Virus record (IMG/VR): IMGVR_UViG_3300027733_000033
Reading direction: 5' to 3' (one strand)
Length of the DNA stretch: 64,000 bases
From: a virus
Positions 57,052-64,000 of the stretch are shown in pieces (positions within the stretch are counted from its first letter, which is position 1; each line of letters begins with the position of its first letter). The position numbers and the translations under genes are program-made. The notes beneath the pieces are model-generated. The model saw only the letters and a program-made list of their open reading frames with translations, ran no database searches and was not told the DNA's origin.

Positions 57052-57444
57052 TTATTTAGTAATTTCTTTCTTGACTCTTGGTTTCCGTGTTACCGGCGCT
57101 TTACCCGTTTTCAATATTTGTGTTCCATTAGCAGGTTGGACTTCATTTGGTTTATCAATAAACCGCTCAACTGCTTTGCTAAAATAATAAAAGGCTATTA
57201 TATCAATCCCAATATCTTTACATGCCCAAAGTGGTAAAGTCGCATCACTAGGCGACACGCCAGTTCCCAAATAAATGATGTTTCTGAATACTTGTGAAAG
57301 TAACCCAACAACAGCTAACAGTAACCCTATTTTATGCCAAACTGGATACAAACGAAGTCTGTCGCTAAGTAAGCCGCAAAACAATATTACGGAAGCAAGT
57401 ATGTTAAAAAATGTTAATGCTACAAATCCAACGTCTGCTATCAT
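57052..57444 (-). CDS. multi-TM membrane protein (holin candidate)
   Basis: About three hydrophobic helices and a basic C-tail. Confidence 0.55.
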   Translation of the reverse strand: MIADVGFVALTFFNILASVILFCGLLSDRLRLYPVWHKIGLLLAVVGLLSQVFRNIIYLGTGVSPSDATLPLWACKDIGIDIIAFYYFSKAVERFIDKPNEVQPANGTQILKTGKAPVTRKPRVKKEITK

Positions 57445-57446
57445 GT

Positions 57447-57863
57447 CTATTTACCGGTTGGTTCTTTTGGTGTTCTAGGTTTTCTTGGTTTAGTAGGTGG
57501 CTTTCTGGTAGCCTTTGGAGCTGTTTTACGCAGTTCTTGAGTCACTTCAAGAATATCTTGCCCTTCTCTATTATCGAAAAATTTGGCTATGAATGATAAC
57601 ACACCCACAGCACAAATTCCGATAATATAACCAACTCCCATTATAGATTCAGTATCAGTAGGCGGTATTTCAAGCATGCGCAAAGCAATCCCACAAAGCG
57701 CAAAACTAGCTCCGATTGACATCCCGCCAATCATTAAACCGGCTACGAATTCACCGTATTTATGGAGCTGTTTTGGTTGCCAAAATAAACCGATACTGAT
57801 ACCACCAAGAAATGCTGAAAAACTACTAAACAGTTTGGCAACCAGTGGAATAGTCTCATTCAT
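57447..57863 (-). CDS. multi-TM membrane protein (holin candidate)
   Basis: Three hydrophobic helices and a Lys/Pro-rich C-tail. Confidence 0.55.
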   Translation of the reverse strand: MNETIPLVAKLFSSFSAFLGGISIGLFWQPKQLHKYGEFVAGLMIGGMSIGASFALCGIALRMLEIPPTDTESIMGVGYIIGICAVGVLSFIAKFFDNREGQDILEVTQELRKTAPKATRKPPTKPRKPRTPKEPTGK

Positions 57864-57905
57864 TTTAAATCCTTTTAATTGTTTCTTGATGTGTTTAATT
57901 TATGC

Positions 57906-58280
57906 TTATTCTGGTTTTGGATATTTAGTTTTAACTGCTAGGCATGCATCAATGTATGACTTCATTTGAACTTTGTCACCTTTGACGATCCCGTCCAAGT
58001 AATCTTTAAAGTCTGGGTATTCAGCCGCCCGTTGTCTTTGATACTCAGTTTGGATAAACTCAATATTTTTGGCATGTAAAATAGCCTTTTCTTCATCAGA
58101 TAACTTAGGTCTGAAATAATTAATATTTCCACCCAAAGTTGCTGCGAAAAATTCTACTTCTTCTGCGGAACTAAATGGAACCAATGTTTCGGGATTATAT
58201 GATGGTAATACACACTCATATAGGGCATCATCATCTGTAGTTATTGTGCTTGTTAAATCATCATTAATTGTTACTATCAT
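57906..58280 (-). CDS. tail fibre-associated protein
   Basis: YQRQRAAEYP...YLD......VK.KYPKP C-terminus typical of fibre-adjacent ORFs. Confidence 0.6.
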   Translation of the reverse strand: MIVTINDDLTSTITTDDDALYECVLPSYNPETLVPFSSAEEVEFFAATLGGNINYFRPKLSDEEKAILHAKNIEFIQTEYQRQRAAEYPDFKDYLDGIVKGDKVQMKSYIDACLAVKTKYPKPE

Positions 58281-58591
58281 TATGATTCTACTCCTAAAAT
58301 GGCAAACCCTACATAAGATACACCATTAGTAAATACTGTACCTCCTTGCATACCATTCAGTGGAAAATACGATATGCCCGTTGATACACCAGTGCCTGAT
58401 GAATACACCTCCACGCCATTAATGGATAATTGACCATATCCATTTTGACAAATTGCGATACCATTAAATACTCTGCCAGAAGGAACAGTGTATATGACTG
58501 TGTTTGTTGAACCGCTTTTTGCCGATATAGTTCTAGGTGCGACTAGCGCGGATGCGGTTGATACTGTTGATACTGTTAACATATTATTTCC

Positions 58592-59101
58592 TTATACCGT
58601 TTTTATTCCAGTGATTCTAAGAGTCGTTGTTGGTCCGTATGTATTTTTTTGTGCTGTTGTAGCAGCATCATTAAAAATTGGTTGAACAATACTTGTGCTT
58701 GTTATTCTAAGATTTGAAATAGATTTTGAATCAATTATGGATAAATTTCTGTCAACTATTACTAATTTTGAAGTTGCGCCTATTCCAATAATGCCAACTT
58801 TATATTTCTTTAAAAGTTTGACTATATCATCCCAGACATGGTCAACGGATGCTTTGAATCCTTTATGGACTTTACCAATACCAGAACTACTAGTCACAAG
58901 TTTGAATCTAATATCGGCAACTATGTCTTGCCACTCGGTAACTTGAGTACCTCGGCAAACTATAATGATAGTGTCTATATTGAATAGGAAATAGGCTTGA
59001 GAACCTTTCTTATCAATAAGAATACTTTGATAGCCAGGGAAGTCCTGGTTATCGTTATAAGCAAGATTGCTAAATTGTGCTAGTAGTAATGGTATTGTCA
59101 T
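58592..59101 (-). CDS. chimeric ORF: truncated lipase paralog fused to a tail-protein-like C-terminus
   Basis: First ~100 aa nearly duplicate 49370-50083 up to just before GHSLG; ends TLRITGIKTV. Confidence 0.7.
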   Translation of the reverse strand: MTIPLLLAQFSNLAYNDNQDFPGYQSILIDKKGSQAYFLFNIDTIIIVCRGTQVTEWQDIVADIRFKLVTSSSGIGKVHKGFKASVDHVWDDIVKLLKKYKVGIIGIGATSKLVIVDRNLSIIDSKSISNLRITSTSIVQPIFNDAATTAQKNTYGPTTTLRITGIKTV

Positions 59102-59102
59102 G

Positions 59103-59411
59103 TTATAATTGAGATCTTAATGTTTCAATTTGAAGTTCAACGTCTGCAAGCCATGCTGTGCCGATACCTAAAATAGCTTCACGCTGTCTGCGCGGTGTCA
59201 CTGACGCTTCTAGTACGGCAATGTTTGCTTTGATTTTCGCTTTCTCATCTATAACGGGTATATTTTCATTTATAAAATTCCCATTGATATATGCCCAACC
59301 AATTCCTACACCTTCTGGCATTAGAATCCAACCCTGCTCTGCCGCATATTCTGGTCCTGATACAACATTATTGATTACTTTATTATTTTCTATTACTGCG
59401 TAATTATTCAT
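59103..59411 (-). CDS. tail fibre assembly-like protein
   Basis: YAVIEN.KV.N...GIGW.Y..G.F pattern after a Gly-rich fibre gene. Confidence 0.6.
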   Translation of the reverse strand: MNNYAVIENNKVINNVVSGPEYAAEQGWILMPEGVGIGWAYINGNFINENIPVIDEKAKIKANIAVLEASVTPRRQREAILGIGTAWLADVELQIETLRSQL

Positions 59412-60295
59412 TATGCGTATTCCTCAACGATTACAATACCCGCTCCACCATTATCACCTGCTCCATTTGGAGCACCTCCAGTCCCCCCTGCTCCATACGC
59501 GGCATTACTATTAGAAGAACCTCCCCAGTAAGATACGCCCCCTGGCATCTTATTTGAGTTTGTAGAACCTGTTCCTGTGCTTGGAATTCCCTTTCCACCA
59601 TATAAATTTATATTACCAGCAGATGCACTTCCTCCATTGCCAGCATAACCACTGCCGCCTGAAATTGTGCCAGCAGTACCACCGTCTCCAGTTCCATCAG
59701 CACCAAAACTACTACTTCCTCCACTAGTTCCATTTCCGCCTGTAGCACCGCCAGTTCCGACTGCTCCTACAGTTACAGTTACAGTAGTAAGACTAGTAGC
59801 ACTTAAGAATTTAATACTTGTTCCGCCTGCTCCGCCAGAACCACCGTATGCGTTAAACGAGCTAGACGCACCACCACTGCCACCTCCTCCGCCTCCAGTA
59901 ACAGTAACACGAATGTTATTAGTCCCAGCACCTTTAGTCCAAGTCCCAGAAGATGTAAAAACTGTCATTCTTAAAAGAGAACCTGAAGATGGCGTTTGCC
60001 AAGTTGCATCAGTTGAACTTGTTGCTATTAATGCTTGTCCGGCTGTTGGAGCAGTTGCTCCGCTGACAGATACAGTTGTTGTTGCTGATTTTATACCGTA
60101 AGCTATTGCATATGTACAACTTGAAAGATTACCGCTAGAAGGCGTTCCAAGTACCGGCGTAACAAGTGTAGGGGATATTGATAATACATTATTACCGCTA
60201 CCAGTAGATACCGTTACACCAGTACCACCATTTGCAACCTGCAATGGATTAGTTCCGCCACCTGCTCTTAATATATTTGAAAGACTTTTTGTCAT
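59411..60295 (-). CDS. glycine-rich tail fibre protein
   Basis: VANGGTG, SPTLVTPVLGTPSSG, FTSSGTWT..G...V..GGGGGG, GIVIVEEY. Confidence 0.8.
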   Translation of the reverse strand: MTKSLSNILRAGGGTNPLQVANGGTGVTVSTGSGNNVLSISPTLVTPVLGTPSSGNLSSCTYAIAYGIKSATTTVSVSGATAPTAGQALIATSSTDATWQTPSSGSLLRMTVFTSSGTWTKGAGTNNIRVTVTGGGGGGSGGASSSFNAYGGSGGAGGTSIKFLSATSLTTVTVTVGAVGTGGATGGNGTSGGSSSFGADGTGDGGTAGTISGGSGYAGNGGSASAGNINLYGGKGIPSTGTGSTNSNKMPGGVSYWGGSSNSNAAYGAGGTGGAPNGAGDNGGAGIVIVEEYA

Positions 60296-60306
60296 TTCTT
60301 ATTTCC

Positions 60307-60786
60307 TTATAGTTGAGTTGGCCAAATCACGGTAAACGGAAATCCTTCTTGGCTAGTGATATCCCTTAATTCTTGTCTATATATCGACCAAGCATCTTTA
60401 TCAACTGGAGCATCTGCTACTTGAGTCCAATCAGTATCCTTCAATAACTGGTTTCTTGTGTTTCTTACCGAAGTACCTTGTTGGGTATCAATTCGTGCTT
60501 TGTATTCAGCTTCTTGTTCAAGAGCAGTCTGAGTTTCATTATCAGTAAAGACTGGTCCCAAACTATACTTAGTAAAATATTGACCTTTGACTTTCTTAAC
60601 ACCCTCACGGAATGAATATTGATAAGGCGTAGTCGGAACAGCCTGTTCACCTTCAAGAACTGGAGCAGCACCAAAATCTGCTAGGATATCTTCAGTAATG
60701 ATTGGAGGGAAACTAGTGTTAGCATTAAGGTTTCTGAATTCCTGTTCAGAAACCACTTGTTGAGTTTTTGTAAAGATAATTTCCAT
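60307..60786 (-). CDS. tail fibre assembly chaperone
   Basis: RN.LL..TDWTQVAD.P...W..YRQELRDI..Q.GFP..V.WP; start MEIIF. Confidence 0.8.
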   Translation of the reverse strand: MEIIFTKTQQVVSEQEFRNLNANTSFPPIITEDILADFGAAPVLEGEQAVPTTPYQYSFREGVKKVKGQYFTKYSLGPVFTDNETQTALEQEAEYKARIDTQQGTSVRNTRNQLLKDTDWTQVADAPVDKDAWSIYRQELRDITSQEGFPFTVIWPTQL

Positions 60787-60794
60787 TTGATGTC

Positions 60795-62744
60795 CTATGA
60801 TATTGCTAAGAAGATGTAGGATACTCCAGAAGCATTTGCTGAAGCAGTTGTTTGGTTTACTGTAAATCCAGGCGCATAAGGATCTAACCAATCTTCACCA
60901 GTAACTTCAGCCGCTGATGAATTAAGAGATAATATTGGATCATTTCCAGATACGATTCCTCTAGCAGTATCGGCCACTAACCAGTCACCAGTAGTTGAGG
61001 TAGCTTTTACCAAGACAAATCTTGCGCCTGCCGCAAATCCACATTCGATATTTTGACTAGAACCATTACCTGTGTAGGAGCCTACTTTAGAGATTCCTGC
61101 GAGTGTGGCGAATAGGTAGGCGACGTAGGTGTGTGTTGATACATTTGGTGTATATGATCCATACGAACTGTCTAAACTAAATGTAGTCGATGTAGCAGCG
61201 GTAATAATATTTGCATATGAAGTTGAAAATGCGTTGGTAAAATATAACCACGCACCCTTTGCACTCAAACCTAGTTGAGAGCATGCAACTTGCCAAGTTG
61301 TAAAATTTGCGCCACTTGACGTTCTGTCAGCAAAAATAAGTAGTTCTGGTGAGCTAGTTAGATTGTGGTTTATGTTTTGTGTAGCCCCATTCCCCGTATA
61401 ACAAACTTCATCAAAGAATCCGGGGGCGCGTTTGAGATGATGTTGGATATATGTATAACCACTTCCATTAAACGATTGCGAGCTATTTCCATCGGAACCA
61501 AGTTTGATACCATCCATTTCAAAACTTTGAATTGCGCTAGTGTCTGAACGTTCTGCTTCAGTATTATCATTTCTCAAATATGAGTTGGGACCTCGTAATT
61601 TATCGCACCAAACTGGATGCCATCCCGCAGCATCACGACGTTGACCACGAACTACGTCTGGAGAAAATCCAATTCCGGTAATTGTAGTTATGGTTGCGTT
61701 GCCAGTTCTCGCAATAGCGTTATAAACCTGCGTCCCACTCGTTGGCGGCTTGTTTGGGCGACGGATTGCCATGTAGATGTAAGTGGCAGTCGTACTAGGA
61801 GTAAAGTTAGATACTCCGCTAAACCCCGTAGCGTTAGGACCAAGATAATAAGACGTTCCTGTTTCAAAACCGCTAGTGTTTGGGGCTAATACTTGAGTAA
61901 CGTCATTACCCGATGCTGCGATAGCGTTAAATGCAGGGCGCATAACATCCATCACAGCCCAATTTTCTGCAATATCAGTACGTCTTATTAAAATGTATTG
62001 AGGTTCCCACCCTAAAGTTATATTTGGGTATTGCAAATAAGTGCTAGTAAACGACCCGCACTGAATAATTCCAGTTGATGACGTGTCATGAGCGAATAGG
62101 TAGGCGACGTAAGTACCGCCAGAAGCATTAACAGTAGCATCTGTACCCACAGAAAACACGGAGCTTGTCGGTGCTGTTGAGTTCCATACGGTAGGTACTG
62201 AGGCTTGTGCATCACGTAAATTTAGCTGTATTGAATATGCGGCTGACGTTAAACTTCTATGATAAACCTGCCAATCTGCTGTTGTGTCAGTACGCTTAAC
62301 TATAATCATTCCCGGAGCAACACCAAGACTATGTGCAATCGTTCTTGCACTACCTGTCCCCGTATAAGTCACCACATCAAAAAACTTCGCGGCTTTGCGG
62401 AATGTCCATGAGACGTAGGTAGAACCTGAATTATTACCACCATTATTTAATGAAACAGCAAACCCTGATGCGCTTACAGAATCTACAATATCATTGCCAA
62501 CAGATTGTGCGCTAGTGTCATTGCTAACAAGACTGTTTTGAATACCTCTAGTTGTATCTTGTAAATAATTGTTATATGTTGTGCTTCTACTTTTTAACCA
62601 AACCATCCCGCCTTTACCCGCCAAGTCAATGCCGTTAGTGATGGTTTGCGTTGAGGCGTTGCCGGTATAGAGATAGGTTGAAAAGACCGAATCGGAATAA
62701 AGAGTTTCACCATCATCAGAATTAGAATTTAACATTAAACTCAT
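60795..62744 (-). CDS. tail fibre / receptor-binding protein with repeated YTGNG domains
   Basis: Repeats of YTG.G..Q.I, P.MI.VK, N.SG.TYVAY.FA. Confidence 0.8.
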   Translation of the reverse strand: MSLMLNSNSDDGETLYSDSVFSTYLYTGNASTQTITNGIDLAGKGGMVWLKSRSTTYNNYLQDTTRGIQNSLVSNDTSAQSVGNDIVDSVSASGFAVSLNNGGNNSGSTYVSWTFRKAAKFFDVVTYTGTGSARTIAHSLGVAPGMIIVKRTDTTADWQVYHRSLTSAAYSIQLNLRDAQASVPTVWNSTAPTSSVFSVGTDATVNASGGTYVAYLFAHDTSSTGIIQCGSFTSTYLQYPNITLGWEPQYILIRRTDIAENWAVMDVMRPAFNAIAASGNDVTQVLAPNTSGFETGTSYYLGPNATGFSGVSNFTPSTTATYIYMAIRRPNKPPTSGTQVYNAIARTGNATITTITGIGFSPDVVRGQRRDAAGWHPVWCDKLRGPNSYLRNDNTEAERSDTSAIQSFEMDGIKLGSDGNSSQSFNGSGYTYIQHHLKRAPGFFDEVCYTGNGATQNINHNLTSSPELLIFADRTSSGANFTTWQVACSQLGLSAKGAWLYFTNAFSTSYANIITAATSTTFSLDSSYGSYTPNVSTHTYVAYLFATLAGISKVGSYTGNGSSQNIECGFAAGARFVLVKATSTTGDWLVADTARGIVSGNDPILSLNSSAAEVTGEDWLDPYAPGFTVNQTTASANASGVSYIFLAIS

Positions 62745-63490
62745 ATCACTAACTCCTTACAATTATCAAAATGCCATCTTTTCATAATTCCAATACCACC
62801 CATTTTAGTGCAATGCGGACACTTTACTTTTTGTTTAGGAACACCAATTAAGGCTTTGGATATCTTTAAACTGTGTTCTTGTGTTTTAGGTATATCTTTT
62901 AAGGCAAGTGATGTTTTTCTTTTTGTTTCTTCAGATGGTTTGTAATCCGATTCTAATCTTGCCTTTGCAATATTAAGTCTACCTTGTTCCGATTTAGGTT
63001 TTCTCATATTTTGCTTGTGTTCTTCACTGATTGTTTTTCCTTTCTGTTTTTCTGACTGCTTACGCTTAGTTTCTTCGGTATGGTGTCTTCCCCACCATAT
63101 AGAATCTTCTCCGCGTTTTCCGTAGTTTGGATTATTTTCTCCAGATAAATTTCTATTTAAGCCAGACAATCCTTCACCGCCATCAGTTAGATTGGTAAGT
63201 ATTCCAGTTTTATTATCACGTCTACCAAGCAATTCTATTACAAACATTTCTAATTCAAAGGCAAGTTTTTCTGTCAAATTTGTATCACTATATTTTATAA
63301 TGACTTCACCATTTTTAGATACAATTTCTCTAATAGTGTTAAGTTTATGCTTATTTGATTTCTTAGTATCTGGGTAAGCCGCTTCATTTATATGGTCCAT
63401 TGCTCTATTTTTCTTACCTTTACCAATATAGAATGGTTGATTAGTAAATGGATTTATTAAAGCGTATGTATAATAATTATTCATATTCAA
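62741..63490 (-). CDS. GIY-YIG homing endonuclease with NUMOD3 repeats
   Basis: YYTYAL..P...PFYIGKG..NR, LTNLTDGGEG, HTEETK, CPHC...RWHFDNC. Confidence 0.88.
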   Translation of the reverse strand: MNMNNYYTYALINPFTNQPFYIGKGKKNRAMDHINEAAYPDTKKSNKHKLNTIREIVSKNGEVIIKYSDTNLTEKLAFELEMFVIELLGRRDNKTGILTNLTDGGEGLSGLNRNLSGENNPNYGKRGEDSIWWGRHHTEETKRKQSEKQKGKTISEEHKQNMRKPKSEQGRLNIAKARLESDYKPSEETKRKTSLALKDIPKTQEHSLKISKALIGVPKQKVKCPHCTKMGGIGIMKRWHFDNCKELVI

Positions 63491-63512
63491 TTCCTGCTAT
63501 TGGAAACATAAT

Positions 63513-64000
63513 TTAACCCACGTTCAATTTAATGCCAGTATTAACCAAATAATAATTGGTCCCGTCTGTACTTGCTACCACAAAAGTCAATACATCAATT
63601 TTTCCACTTGTTCCGGTTAATGTAGGAGCAGTAGAAGCCGTCCATTTCATATTAGCATTCCATGAAATTGTACTACCACCATTATACCGTACAATTGCTT
63701 CATATTGATTACCAACCAAACTACTTAATGTTCCAGTCAAATTGAATGTAGTAATATTAGCATTCAGATTGATTCTGAAAATCTGATTAGTAGTCAAATC
63801 CCATGTAACTGCATTAGTCGATGGAGCAGTTTCTGCTGAAGTAGAAGGAGTTTGAGGTTTTGTAAAGGTTGTAGCAGTTCCTGGAGCAACATAATCCGTT
63901 CCAGCAGATGCTGCGGTTAACGCGCCACCTGAATTTGCTTTTAATAATGACGTCCCTGAAGGAGGAGCAAGATAATCTGTGCCAGCAGTCGCATTCGATA
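63513..64000 (-). CDS. tail fibre protein, C-terminal part (partial)
   Basis: AGTDY repeats and W.ASTAPTLT.TSGKIDVLTF; frame appears to extend toward the window end. Confidence 0.7.
   Translation of the reverse strand, partial: SNATAGTDYLAPPSGTSLLKANSGGALTAASAGTDYVAPGTATTFTKPQTPSTSAETAPSTNAVTWDLTTNQIFRINLNANITTFNLTGTLSSLVGNQYEAIVRYNGGSTISWNANMKWTASTAPTLTGTSGKIDVLTFVVASTDGTNYYLVNTGIKLNVG

Noticed and set aside
6814-60891. Long N-terminal extensions in the ORF track (7695, 27620, 40348, 40927, 60891)
   Set aside because: They overlap upstream genes; internal ATGs (7611, 27575, 40273, 40858, 60786) fit SD position or homology better.
1520-63377. Most plus-strand ORFs in the track (e.g. 1520-1840, 2199-2561, 33444-34100, 45853-46410, 59667-60101) and nested alternative-frame minus-strand ORFs
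   Set aside because: Shadows of well-supported genes, with no recognisable motifs. Only 13798, 14087, 23394 and 36881 are accepted on the plus strand.
1-64000. Stop-codon reassignment
   Set aside because: Core genes are full length in the standard code, several end in TAG or TGA, and no suppressor tRNA is present.
1-64000. Host assignment
   Set aside because: Sigma70-like promoters, IHF-type sites and lipoproteins are compatible with a Gram-negative host, but nothing more specific can be supported.

Overview
64 kb slice of an AT-rich, lytic T4-like myovirus genome, almost all on the minus strand. In transcription order (right to left) it holds: tail fibre/virion accessory genes with a GIY-YIG homing endonuclease and a class-3 lipase; the structural core gp13-14-15-18-19-20-(67/68)-21-22-23, with an HNH intein in the portal and no gp16/gp17 at their usual place; an inverted uvsY, gp3, a serine recombinase and the N-terminal part of uvsW; gp45-44-62-regA; a tRNA/ncRNA cluster, hsp20, phoH, dexA-like, gp43, rnh and dCMP deaminase; and many small early ORFs behind repeated promoter/terminator cassettes. 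Main observations: (1) a late operon of proteins with capsid-targeting-like N-termini, two built as polyproteins of small modules between L-x-E prohead-protease-type sites, where the linkers are nucleotide-identical direct repeats and one module also exists as a free-standing early gene; (2) a UvsW helicase split into two genes ~26 kb apart, apparently keeping non-catalytic intein (Hint) remnants at the break, each half behind an SD-occluding hairpin; (3) an 11-copy early promoter cassette with an ATG at the predicted transcription start that is usually fused or coupled to the next gene; (4) a second 4-copy promoter element, one copy of which sits where the terminase genes are missing. All calls come from manual reading and motif recognition; no database searches were run.
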